DNA of 63,513 nt, the filler included, from Thermodesulfobacteriota bacterium (lineage in GTDB: Bacteria; DASVDK01), in NCBI GenBank assembly GCA_036381125.1. It is 8 parts of 8 records of this genome, joined end to end, with 100 filler letters (N's around TTAATTAATTAA, not from the genome) between each part and the next. Parts side by side here need not be neighbours in the genome. Positions count along the whole stretch, not along the records: positions 16,645 to 29,401 come from DASVDK010000290.1; 7 more parts are not named here. One strand, 5' to 3'. A model generated the notes under the pieces. That model had not been told where the DNA came from. It saw only the letters and a program-made list of their open reading frames with translations, and searched no databases. The position numbers and the translations under genes were made by a program. Position 1 is the stretch's first letter. Each line of letters opens with the position of its first letter. Positions 17,869 through 26,967 of the stretch are shown here, in pieces.

Positions 17869-19110
17869 TCAGTCGAGCGGCTGCCGCCCGGTGTACTCGA
17901 GGACGTACAGGCCGCCATTGGCCCGATCGGCCGCGTAGATAATACTCCGGTCGTCGACGAACACATCACTGATCCGACAGCCGCGCTGTCCGGCCGGCGT
18001 TTCGGGTAGGAAGGCCGCGATCTCCTCGGGGCGGTAGGGATCCCGGATGTCGTAGAGTCGGAGCCCCGCGCTGAACCACGTGGCGGCCACGGTGTTGACC
18101 AGCTTCGCGGCCCCCGGCTCGGGCTCGTTCTCGTGGAGGTTGTGCGCGCCGATCCTGCCGCCCACGCGGTGCAGCTCCTCGAAGCCCTCGGGCGTCGGCA
18201 TGCTCGCCACGATCACCGGGTTGGTCTCGACGCGGGCGTCCACCATCCAGAGCCGCTTCGGCCAGTCGATGCCGTGGTCGCCGGTTGCCTCGTCGGTCAC
18301 GACGAGGAAGCCGCGGTCGAACAGCGGCATCACGGTGTGCGTGAAGCCGGGGTAGGGGGGGTGGTAGTCGAGCCGGGAGACGAGCCGCGGGCGCGCGCGA
18401 TCGGCGATGTCGAGGATGACGATGCCGCCGTCGATCCACCCGATGTAGGCCCGATCGGGCCGCTCGGGGTAGCAGAGGGTGTGGTGCGGCCGGAAGGCGA
18501 AGTCGTACGGCTCCGGGTGGCGCGGCGGCAGCGTCGCGTCGTCCCCCTTGCGCTGGCCCGGCAGCCACCAGCGGCCCACCTCCCGGGGGCGTACCGGGTC
18601 GGCCATGTCGACGATCATGTAGAACTGGTGGTCCTTCGGGTGGTTCGGCTGGAAGTCGGGCGCGCCGGTGGAGATGTGGGCGTAGCGGCCGTCCATGAAG
18701 GAGACGAAGTGGACGCCCTGCGAGTACGGCCCCGAGGTGTCGAAGAAGCCGATCTTCCGGGGCTCGGCCGGGCGGCTCACGTCGTAGATCTCGAAGCCGG
18801 CCGGCGTGCCGCCCGGCTTCGCGGCCTGATAGGCCTGCAGCAGGATGTCGCCGCGCAGCGCGAGCGAGTTGCCGCGCACCTGGTCGTGGGGCAGCGGGAG
18901 CTGCCAGACCACGCGCGGGTCGGTCGGCTCGGTGACGTCGAGGACCGAGAAGCAGGTCGGCGGGTTCTCGTTGGCCACGTAGAGGTAGCGCCGCCCGTCG
19001 CGCGTCACCTTCATCGCCATCCCTTCGCCGGCGTTGGGGGTGCCGCCGAGGTCGTTGTGGGCGAGCAGCTTGAGATTCGTGGCGACCCGGACACCGGGCA
19101 GGGACGTCAT
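17869..19110 (-). CDS. LVIVD-repeat beta-propeller protein
   Basis: Repeated ILDIADxxxP-type units (VLDVTEPTDP, IYDVSRPAEP, IVDMADPVRP, LYDIRDPYRP). Confidence 0.85.
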   Translation of the reverse strand: MTSLPGVRVATNLKLLAHNDLGGTPNAGEGMAMKVTRDGRRYLYVANENPPTCFSVLDVTEPTDPRVVWQLPLPHDQVRGNSLALRGDILLQAYQAAKPGGTPAGFEIYDVSRPAEPRKIGFFDTSGPYSQGVHFVSFMDGRYAHISTGAPDFQPNHPKDHQFYMIVDMADPVRPREVGRWWLPGQRKGDDATLPPRHPEPYDFAFRPHHTLCYPERPDRAYIGWIDGGIVILDIADRARPRLVSRLDYHPPYPGFTHTVMPLFDRGFLVVTDEATGDHGIDWPKRLWMVDARVETNPVIVASMPTPEGFEELHRVGGRIGAHNLHENEPEPGAAKLVNTVAATWFSAGLRLYDIRDPYRPEEIAAFLPETPAGQRGCRISDVFVDDRSIIYAADRANGGLYVLEYTGRQPLD

Positions 19111-19985
19111 CGTGCACCTCCGCCGAGCCCGAGCAGCTCGGCCGCGTTCCGTCGGAAGACCTTCTCTATCACATCGGCGTCGAAACAGATGTTTCGATAC
19201 GCCTCCACCGCGCCCCCCACCGGGGCGAACGGGTAGCCGCTCGCGAAGAGGAAGCGGTCCTGGAGGTAGCCGCGCGCCGCGAGGGCGAAGTCGTCGCGTC
19301 CGGGGAGGTTGATGGCGTAGATGTCGGGGGACAGCCAGACGTTCTCCCGGCGGAAGGCCACGCCGAGCATCGGCTGCACCCAGGGCCAGCAGGCGTGCGC
19401 GATCACGAGCCTGAGGTCCGGGAAGTCGTGCGCGACCTGGTCCACGTCCACCGGCTGGCAGTAGCCGATGTCCGGCCCCGTGTTGAGGCTCGACGTGAGG
19501 ATCACCGGCAGCTTCCGCTCGGCGCAGCGCGCGTAGATGGGGTAGAGGCGCCGGTCGTTGATCCGCATCGGGGTCGGGGCGAAGCCCGGCTCGAGCGACG
19601 CGGCGGGCATCCGCCACTCGTCGACGATCCGGTCCACCTCGCGCAGCGCCTCGGCCGGGTCGGACGGGTCGATCGCGCCGCAGACGACGAACCGGCCGGG
19701 GTGGCGAGCCGCGATGGCGAGCGCCTCCTCGTTGGTGACCGTGCCGAACCGGGAGCGGCTCTTGCGCCCGGTGATGACCCCGACCGCCACGCCGGCCGCG
19801 TCCATCTCGGCGAGGAGCCGCTCGACCGACAGCTCGACCACCGACTGCGCCGGCTCGAGGCCGAGCTGGCGCGTGCGGGCCATCGTGCGCGACTTCTCGC
19901 GGTACATGATGGTCTCGAGGAACCCGCCGAGCGGCGGGCGGAGCCGGAAGTCGATGATCCACCGTGTGCCTTCGGGCCGTGTCAC
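19107..19985 (-). CDS. amidohydrolase_2 family protein
   Basis: IIDFRLRPP, LYPIYARC, FPDLRLVIAHACWPWV, RFLFASGYPF; GTGA overlap. Confidence 0.85.
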   Translation of the reverse strand: MTRPEGTRWIIDFRLRPPLGGFLETIMYREKSRTMARTRQLGLEPAQSVVELSVERLLAEMDAAGVAVGVITGRKSRSRFGTVTNEEALAIAARHPGRFVVCGAIDPSDPAEALREVDRIVDEWRMPAASLEPGFAPTPMRINDRRLYPIYARCAERKLPVILTSSLNTGPDIGYCQPVDVDQVAHDFPDLRLVIAHACWPWVQPMLGVAFRRENVWLSPDIYAINLPGRDDFALAARGYLQDRFLFASGYPFAPVGGAVEAYRNICFDADVIEKVFRRNAAELLGLGGGAR

Positions 19986-20926
19986 GCCGTCTCTCCCTCG
20001 ATCCGTCGCACGAGCTTCAACGCCTCCACCAGGATTCGGTCCATCCGTTCGCGCGTCGCCTCGGCCTGCCCGGGCGCCCACCTGAGGAACCCCTTGCCGG
20101 CCCTGGCGCCGGTCTCGCCGCGCGCGACGAGGTCGCGCAGCAGGGCGGGCGCCTCGGCCGAGCGGTCGAGGTCGGGCACGATGTACTCGTTGATGCGCAG
20201 GAGCTGCTCGAGGCCGACGAGGTCCATCGACTCGAAGGTGCCGGCGCCGAGGAGGCGGAAGCCGAAGCCCCACCGGATGGCGGCGTCCACGTCCTCGGCG
20301 CTGGCGACCCCGCGGGCGACCAGGCTGATCGCCTCGCGCCGCATGGCCTGCTGGATGCGGTTCTGCAGGAAGCCCGGCAGGTCCCGGCGGACGATCACCG
20401 GCCGCTTGCCGACGGCCCTCAGGATCTCCGCCGTCCGCTCGAGCGTCGCGTCGGACGTCCGTTCCCCCTTCACCACCTCGACGAGCGGGACGAGGTGGGC
20501 CGGGATGACGAACTTGGTGCCGACGACCCGCTCGGGCCGCCGGGTCCGCTCGGCGATGCGCGTGACCGGCAGCCCGGAGGTGTTGCTCGCGAGGATGGCC
20601 GCGTCGCCGGCCAGCCGCTCGAGGTCGGCGAAGAAGGCCTGCTTGTGCTCGAGGACCTCCGGCGTCGCCTCGACGACCAGCTCCGCGCCCGCCGCGGCGG
20701 CCAGGTCGGTGGCGGTCTCGAGGCGCGCGGCGGCGGCGTCGGCCGCGGCCCGCTCGACGAGACCGTGCCGGGCCAGCATGGCGAGGGCGGACTCGAAGGC
20801 GTCCCGCCCGGCCGCCACCTGGGCGGCGCCGCGGCCCACGAGGCGCACCGGCACCCCGCCCGCGGCGAAGGCGGCGGCGATCCCCGGGCCCATGCGGCCG
20901 GTGCCGATGACGACGACCGAGGTCAT
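19982..20926 (-). CDS. 3-hydroxyacyl-CoA dehydrogenase family protein
   Basis: VIGTGRMGPGIA, EATPE, ASNTSG, PLVEVV, PGFLQNR. The usual His of G-x-H-F appears as Lys (GTKF). Confidence 0.88.
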   Translation of the reverse strand: MTSVVVIGTGRMGPGIAAAFAAGGVPVRLVGRGAAQVAAGRDAFESALAMLARHGLVERAAADAAAARLETATDLAAAAGAELVVEATPEVLEHKQAFFADLERLAGDAAILASNTSGLPVTRIAERTRRPERVVGTKFVIPAHLVPLVEVVKGERTSDATLERTAEILRAVGKRPVIVRRDLPGFLQNRIQQAMRREAISLVARGVASAEDVDAAIRWGFGFRLLGAGTFESMDLVGLEQLLRINEYIVPDLDRSAEAPALLRDLVARGETGARAGKGFLRWAPGQAEATRERMDRILVEALKLVRRIEGETA

Positions 20927-22656
20927 GCCCCGCCTCCCTTGAATCCGGGGCCGCCGGCGCCGATCCAGCGAAGCAGACCGAGGGCGGCGACGCCGATGGC
21001 GATCATGAGCATCGAGAGGGCGGCCAGGTACCCGATGTCGCCCGAGGCCCAGAGGTCGAAGAGCGCGACCGACAGGACGACCTGGCGAGGCGTGTAGAGG
21101 AGGACCGAGGCCGACAGCTCCCGCAGGAACGACACGAAGAGGAGGATCCAGCCGGCGAGCATCCCGGCCCGCAGGAGCGGCACCGTGATGCGCCGGAACG
21201 TGGCGAACCACGACGCGCCGGACATGAGCGACGCCTCCTCCAGCTCGCGGTGGATCTGGGCGAGGGCCGAGGAGGTGGACTGCACCCCGTAGGGGAAGTA
21301 GCGCCCCACGTAGGCGGCGAGCAGGATCCAGGCGGTGCCGTACAGCACGATCGGCGGCTCGATCCAGGCGCGCAGCATCCCGTACGCGAGCACCGTGCCG
21401 GGGAACGCGAGCGGCAGCATGGCCATCTGCTCGAGCAGGGTGCGCCCGGGCGCCTTGATCCGCAGGACGAGGAAGGAGACGAGGGCCGCGAGCGCGATGC
21501 CGAGCGTGGCGCCGCCCACGCCGAGCAGCAGGCTGTTCACGAACGCCCGACGCGTGAGCGGGTAGTCGGTGAGCACGTAGAGGTAGTTCTGCAGCGTCAG
21601 CTGCGCCGGATCGAAGTACTGGGTCCAGATGGTCCGGATGGACGCGAGCAGGAGCGCCGCGAGCGGCAGGACCATGGCCAGGAGCAGGTAGAGGAGACCG
21701 CCCCCCATCGCCACCCAGCGCCACGGCCCGAGCCGCACGAGACGGGGCCGTGCCCCCTTGCCGGTCACCGTGGCGAAGCTCCGCCGGGCGAGCACCCGCC
21801 GCTGCATCGCGACGCCGGCCGCGGTCAGGACGAGGAGGACGAGGCAGAGCGCGGCGCCCTGGCCGTACTGGGGCGGGTACTCGGAGATGGTGGTCCAGAT
21901 CTTCGTGGTGAGCACCGGGATGCGCGCCGGCAGGCCGAGGACCGCCGGCACGCCGAACTGCTCGAGCGACAGGACGAACGCCAGGAAGCCGCCCGCCAGG
22001 ATGGCCGGCGTCACCATCGGGAGGGTCACGTGGCGGGCGGTCTGCGCCTGGTCGGCGCCGGCCATCATCGACGCCTCCTCCATCGTCGCGTCCATGGAGC
22101 GGAGGGCGCCGCCGACGATGAGGAGGACGAACGGCGCCGTGTAGAGCCCGATGACGAGCGCGATGCCGCCGAGCGAGTAGATGTCGATGGCGCGCTCGAC
22201 CCCGGTCGCCCACGCGATCGCCTGGTTGAGGAGGCCCGTGGCCGGGCTGCCGAGGAGCGACCAGGCGAGCGCCCCGATGAAGGGGGGGCAAATGAAGGGG
22301 ACGAGCGCCGAGATCTCGATGAGCCATCGGCCCGGCGTGTCGGTGCGCGCGACGACCCAGGCGAGCGCCGTGCCGAGGAGCGTCGCGAAGGCGCCCGAGG
22401 CGACGGCCACGACGAGGCTGTTGCCGAGCGCGTGGAAGTTGTCCGGGTCGGTCCAGACGCGGACGTACCACTGCGCCGTCCACGCCCCCTCGGCGTCCCG
22501 GAGCGACTCGAGCACCAGGACCGCCGAGGGGTAGAGGACGAGGTAGGTCAGGAGGGCGACGACGCCCGCCTGGGCCCACCAGATCGGCGAACGAACGACC
22601 GCGAGGCGCCCCGGCCAGCGGAGCGCCCGGCCGCCTAGCCGGAGACCTGCTTCCAT
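20923..22656 (-). CDS. Fe3+/polyamine-type ABC permease with two fused membrane domains (start uncertain)
   Basis: Two EAA loops (MEEASMMAGA, LEEASLMSGA); many TM segments. Confidence 0.88.
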   Translation of the reverse strand: MEAGLRLGGRALRWPGRLAVVRSPIWWAQAGVVALLTYLVLYPSAVLVLESLRDAEGAWTAQWYVRVWTDPDNFHALGNSLVVAVASGAFATLLGTALAWVVARTDTPGRWLIEISALVPFICPPFIGALAWSLLGSPATGLLNQAIAWATGVERAIDIYSLGGIALVIGLYTAPFVLLIVGGALRSMDATMEEASMMAGADQAQTARHVTLPMVTPAILAGGFLAFVLSLEQFGVPAVLGLPARIPVLTTKIWTTISEYPPQYGQGAALCLVLLVLTAAGVAMQRRVLARRSFATVTGKGARPRLVRLGPWRWVAMGGGLLYLLLAMVLPLAALLLASIRTIWTQYFDPAQLTLQNYLYVLTDYPLTRRAFVNSLLLGVGGATLGIALAALVSFLVLRIKAPGRTLLEQMAMLPLAFPGTVLAYGMLRAWIEPPIVLYGTAWILLAAYVGRYFPYGVQSTSSALAQIHRELEEASLMSGASWFATFRRITVPLLRAGMLAGWILLFVSFLRELSASVLLYTPRQVVLSVALFDLWASGDIGYLAALSMLMIAIGVAALGLLRWIGAGGPGFKGGGA

Positions 22657-23672
22657 TCCTCGAGGAACTCCGACTTGGTGCGCCCCTCCTCCCGGAGGTC
22701 GTCGATGCTGCTGAAGATGATCTTCACCTCGTTCATCGGCTTGAGGCCGTACACCCGCGGGTAGGGGGGCACGTCGTCGCGGAGCACCGGCGTCCCGAAC
22801 CGCTCCTGCCACATCGCCTGCGCCTCGCGGCCGAGCGCGAAGTCGACGAACTGCCTGGCCCCCTCCGGGTTCGGGGCGTCCTTCGGGATGCAGATGCTGT
22901 AGAGCGTCATCGGCACCCCTTCCTCGGGCAGGACGGCCGCGATGGGGGCGCCCTTCTTCGCCTTGTCGAAGACGTAGTACTCCTGGAGGCCGACGCCGAT
23001 CGGCCGCTCGCCGGAGATGACCGTGTTCGACACGTCGCCGCCGCCCCGCTTGAGCATGACCTCCTGCCTGGCCATCTTCGCCGCGAAGTCCTTGCCGAGG
23101 AGCTTGCGGAGCGCGTAGATCATGTGCACGCCCGACCCGCTCGAGCGCCAGTCGAGCATGACGATCTTGCCCTTCCAGCGGGGATCGGCCAGGTCGGCCC
23201 AGTGCTTCGGCGCGTCCTCGGCCTTGATCGCCTGCGTGTTGTAGGAGATCGTGTTGAGGAGCACCTTCTGCGGCACCCAGTAGCCCGGCATCCGGAACTC
23301 GGCGGGGAAGTGCGAGGCCTCGGGCGAGTCGTACCTCATCAGCTTCCCCTGCTCGGCCCAGTCGATCATCGCCTCGACCTCGGTGTTGCCGATGACGTCC
23401 GCGAGGACCCGGCCGGCCTTGAACTCGGCCTCCACCTTCTGGACGACGTTGACGCCGCCGGCCCGCCAGAACTCGGCGTCGCGGCCGGTCTTCGTCCGGA
23501 ACAGGTCGCAGAGGGCGTTGACCGAGTCGGCCGAGCCGCCGGCGTAGTGCATGACCGCGCCGGCCGCGCGGCCCGGCCGGGGCAGGCCCAGGGTGAGGCC
23601 GGCGGCGCCGAGGCCCGCGCCGGTCACGAACGTGCGACGGGTGAGTCCGGAACGTCGGGTGTCACCTGCCAT
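22635..23672 (-). CDS. ABC substrate-binding protein with Tat signal (alternative start 23696)
   Basis: TRRTFV twin-arginine motif; PKHWADLADPRWKGKI, APNPEGARQFVDF. Confidence 0.88.
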   Translation of the reverse strand: MAGDTRRSGLTRRTFVTGAGLGAAGLTLGLPRPGRAAGAVMHYAGGSADSVNALCDLFRTKTGRDAEFWRAGGVNVVQKVEAEFKAGRVLADVIGNTEVEAMIDWAEQGKLMRYDSPEASHFPAEFRMPGYWVPQKVLLNTISYNTQAIKAEDAPKHWADLADPRWKGKIVMLDWRSSGSGVHMIYALRKLLGKDFAAKMARQEVMLKRGGGDVSNTVISGERPIGVGLQEYYVFDKAKKGAPIAAVLPEEGVPMTLYSICIPKDAPNPEGARQFVDFALGREAQAMWQERFGTPVLRDDVPPYPRVYGLKPMNEVKIIFSSIDDLREEGRTKSEFLEEWKQVSG

Positions 23673-23692
23673 CTCCCGTTCCTCCTTCCTGC

Positions 23693-24067
23693 TCATGCCA
23701 CCGCCGGCATGTCTGCCGCGGGCACGGATACGACGACGAGGACGAGGTCATCGAGTCCGGTGTTCACGATCCCGTGGGAGACGCCGGGCGGGACGTGGAT
23801 CGTCGTGTTCGGGCCGGCGAGGTGCCGCTCGCCGTCGAGCACGATCGCCCCGGTGCCGCGCACGACGTAGTAGACGTGCTCGGCCTTCCCGTGCGTGTGG
23901 ACCTCCGCGTAGCCGCGCGGCCGGTACGTCGACACGCGGAAGTCCATGTCCGTCGTGTCGGCGTTGGTCGGGTGAACGAGCAGCTTCGAGAAGGCGTCGA
24001 CGTGTCCGGGGAGGCTCCGCCAGTCGGCGTCCTCGAACCGGACGACGCGCGCCCGCCGGGTGGTCAC
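23693..24067 (-). CDS. cupin domain protein
   Basis: HTHGKAEHVYYVVRGTG...VPPGVSHG. Confidence 0.88.
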   Translation of the reverse strand: MTTRRARVVRFEDADWRSLPGHVDAFSKLLVHPTNADTTDMDFRVSTYRPRGYAEVHTHGKAEHVYYVVRGTGAIVLDGERHLAGPNTTIHVPPGVSHGIVNTGLDDLVLVVVSVPAADMPAVA

Positions 24068-25878
24068 GGCCGGGCTCGCCCGGCCGCCGCCCCCTCTCCG
24101 GGGAGGCGGCGGCGGCCGATGACCGGCTCGATCGGCTTGAGCGGCGGCAGCACCCAGCTACCGGTCCCGGGCGGCCGGATGTCCTTGTCGACGTGCACGT
24201 CGACGAGGAAGGGGGCCTCCGCCTTCAGCGCGGTCTCGAGCGCCCCCTCGAGGTCCTCGGCCCGCGTGACCGTGAGCGCCTCGACGCCGCAGGCCTTCGC
24301 GAGCGCCGCGAAGTCGGGGTTGTAGGGCTCGCCGGTCTTGCCGTGGACGAAGCTCGTGCCGATCTCGCGCTCCCGGAACATGCCGATCTGGATGTCGCGG
24401 ATCGACCCGAAGGCGAAGTTGTTCCAGACGACCCAGACGGCCGGGATCTGGTACTCCACCGCGGTGCAGAGGATGTCGGGCCGCATCATGAAGCCGCCGT
24501 CGCCGCAGACCGCGACCGCCGGACGGTCGGGCGCCGCGAGCCTGGCCCCGAGGACGCCGCAGACGCCGAAGCCCATCGACGAGAAGCCCCAGGAGTTGAG
24601 CAGGGTCTGGGGCCGCCGGGTCTTCCAGAACTGGACGAGCCAGTTGTGGTGGACGCCCACGTCGGCCGCCACGATGGCGTCGTCCGGCAGGACGCGGCGC
24701 AGCGAGTCGACGACGCGCAGCGGATGGATGGGCCGGGCGTCGCTGCGACGCCACGGCTCGACGAAGCGATCCCAGTCCTCGCGCCAGGCGGCGATCTCGC
24801 GGTGCCAGGCCTTGCGCGCCTCCGCGTCGACGCGCGCCTTCGCCGACGCCTCGACGAGCTGCTCGAGGACGGTGCGGGCGTCGCCGACGATGCCGAGGTG
24901 CACCGGGTAGTTGCGGCCGATCTCCTCGGCGTCGATGTCGACGTGGACGAGCTTCGTGGGCGGGATGTTGAAGGTGTACCCGGGCAGCCAGGCGCTGCTC
25001 GAGCGGTCGTCGAACTTGACGCCGACGGCGAGGAGGACGTCGCAGCTCCGGGAGGCCTCGTTGGCCTGGAGCGTGCCGTTGCGGCCCAGCATGCCGAGGG
25101 CCAGCGGGTCGTCGCCGGGGATGGTCCCGAACGCGTTCGGGGAGGTGGCGACCGGGATCTCGAGGCGCCGGGCGAGCGCGACCAGCGCCTCGGCCCCCTC
25201 CGACAGCGCCACGCCGTGGCCCGCCCAGATGAGCGGCCGCTTCGCCTGCACGAGCAGCTCCACCGCCTTCGCGATCGACTCGGGCGATCCGCCGCTGCGC
25301 GAGCTGATGCCGTGGCGCCAGCCGGCCGGCTCCGGCGTCTCGACATCCGCCGTCTCGACGAAGAGGTCGAAGGGGACGTCGAGGTTCACCGGGCCGGGAC
25401 GGCCGGAGAGCATCGTCTTCCAGGCCTGCGCCAGGGCGAGGGGAAGCATGTCGACGCGCGTCGGCTGCCAGCTCCGCTTGACGTACGGCTTGAGGACCGA
25501 CGGGAAATCGGCCTGGTAGTGCCGGTACGTCTCCTGGAAGGGCCCGCGGTTGAACTGCGACGTCGGCACGTTGGCGGTGATGGCGCAGAGCGCCGAGGAG
25601 TCCATGAACGCCGCCGCGAGGGCCACCGGGATGTTGCACGAGCCGGGGCCGCACGACGTGAGCGTCGCGAGCGGGCGGTGCGCCACGCGGAAGTAGGCGT
25701 CGGCGATGTGGACGGCCGCCTGCTCGTGCCGCGTCGAGATGAACGTGATGTCGCTCGACCGGTCGTAGAGGGCGTCGAGGAGGCCCACGTCGCCGTGGCC
25801 GCAGAGGCCGACGACGTACGGGACCTTCTCCCGGACGAGGTACTCGACGATGATCTCGCCGCCGCTCGGCATGGTCAT
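24064..25878 (-). CDS. thiamine pyrophosphate-dependent enzyme (ALS/IolD-like)
   Basis: GLCGHG, TRHEQAAVH, GRPGPV, ADVGVHHNW, GDGGF...WNN. Confidence 0.92.
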   Translation of the reverse strand: MTMPSGGEIIVEYLVREKVPYVVGLCGHGDVGLLDALYDRSSDITFISTRHEQAAVHIADAYFRVAHRPLATLTSCGPGSCNIPVALAAAFMDSSALCAITANVPTSQFNRGPFQETYRHYQADFPSVLKPYVKRSWQPTRVDMLPLALAQAWKTMLSGRPGPVNLDVPFDLFVETADVETPEPAGWRHGISSRSGGSPESIAKAVELLVQAKRPLIWAGHGVALSEGAEALVALARRLEIPVATSPNAFGTIPGDDPLALGMLGRNGTLQANEASRSCDVLLAVGVKFDDRSSSAWLPGYTFNIPPTKLVHVDIDAEEIGRNYPVHLGIVGDARTVLEQLVEASAKARVDAEARKAWHREIAAWREDWDRFVEPWRRSDARPIHPLRVVDSLRRVLPDDAIVAADVGVHHNWLVQFWKTRRPQTLLNSWGFSSMGFGVCGVLGARLAAPDRPAVAVCGDGGFMMRPDILCTAVEYQIPAVWVVWNNFAFGSIRDIQIGMFREREIGTSFVHGKTGEPYNPDFAALAKACGVEALTVTRAEDLEGALETALKAEAPFLVDVHVDKDIRPPGTGSWVLPPLKPIEPVIGRRRLPGEGAAAGRARP

Positions 25879-25924
25879 CCCTCCTGTGGCGTGCGCTCGG
25901 GTTGACGATGGGGCGAAGGGGGGA

Positions 25925-26773
25925 TCAGGCCGCCGGAGGGTCCGCCTGCGGCGGCCGGTAGCCCAGCTCGGCCGACAGATGCGCCGCCGCGCTGCCGACG
26001 AGGTCGACGATCTGCGGCATCCGTTCGGGGCTGACCCTCCAGACCGGCCCCGACAGGCCGATGGCGGCCACCACCTGCCCGGTGAAGTTCCGCACCGGCA
26101 TCGCCACGCAGCGCAACCCCTGCGCGAACTCCTCGTCGTCCACGGCGTAGCCGCGCGCCCGCACCGCCTCGATCTCGGCCTCGAGCCGCTCGCGCGACGT
26201 GATCGTCCGCGCGGTCCTCGGCTCGAGGCGGGCCTCCGCGAGGAGGACACGCCGGTCGGCGTCACGCTGGTAGGCGAGGAGCACCTTGCCGATCGCGGTG
26301 CAGTGGAGCGGGCGCGGGTAGCCGACGCGCTCGGCGAGCCTGAGCGGGCTCTGGCCGTCGACCTTGGCGATCACGACCACCTCGCCGCGGTCGAGTACCG
26401 CCAGGTGAGAGGTCTCGCCGGAGGCGCGCGCCATGTCGGTGACGAAGGGGAGCGCCCGTTCGGACAGCTCGACCTCGGTGAGGACCGACGAGGCGAGCTG
26501 GAAGACCTTGGAGCCGAGCCGGTACTGGCGCGACCCGTCCACCTGCCGCAGGTACCCGAGGGCCACCAGGCTGCGGACGAGGTGGAAGGCCGTGCTCGGA
26601 TGCAGCCTCGTCTCCCGGCTGACTTCGGCCATGGTCATCCCCGTCCCCCGGCGCGCGACCGCCTCCAGGATCGCGAAGGCGCGCTGCAGCGACTGGATGA
26701 CCGGCGCCTCGGGCGCGGCGGCGCCACGCGGCTTGGGACCCCGCCGCGCCCCGGACTTCTCGCGGATAACGAT
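25925..26773 (-). CDS. IclR family regulator; probable ATC start at 26773 (first ATG at 26638 truncates the HTH)
   Basis: IQSLQRAFAILEAV lies in frame upstream of the first ATG; HCTAIGKVLLA, GYAVDDEEFAQGLRCVAMPV. Confidence 0.88.
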   Translation of the reverse strand: MVIREKSGARRGPKPRGAAAPEAPVIQSLQRAFAILEAVARRGTGMTMAEVSRETRLHPSTAFHLVRSLVALGYLRQVDGSRQYRLGSKVFQLASSVLTEVELSERALPFVTDMARASGETSHLAVLDRGEVVVIAKVDGQSPLRLAERVGYPRPLHCTAIGKVLLAYQRDADRRVLLAEARLEPRTARTITSRERLEAEIEAVRARGYAVDDEEFAQGLRCVAMPVRNFTGQVVAAIGLSGPVWRVSPERMPQIVDLVGSAAAHLSAELGYRPPQADPPAA

Positions 26774-26827
26774 GTTCGTACCTTCTCCTGGTGCTCGCAG
26801 CTTGCCGTCTCCCGAATTACGATGTAC

Positions 26828-26858
26828 ATGAATAACATTTTCACGATGTGAGTGTCAA
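26828..26858 (-). promoter_or_regulatory. putative promoter with overlapping IclR-type operator
   Basis: Perfect TTGACA on the minus strand (26853-26858); TTTTCAC-GAT-GTGAG near-palindrome at 26838-26852; AT-rich island between divergent operons. Confidence 0.5.
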
Positions 26859-26967
26859 CGCCAAGACACGGTCCTGCCTGGGGAATACTCGCATCGGATT
26901 TTGCCCATGGGCGGCCGTCGGAACGCGTGGCGTAGAACAGACTTAGAAACCTAACCGGAGGAACGTG

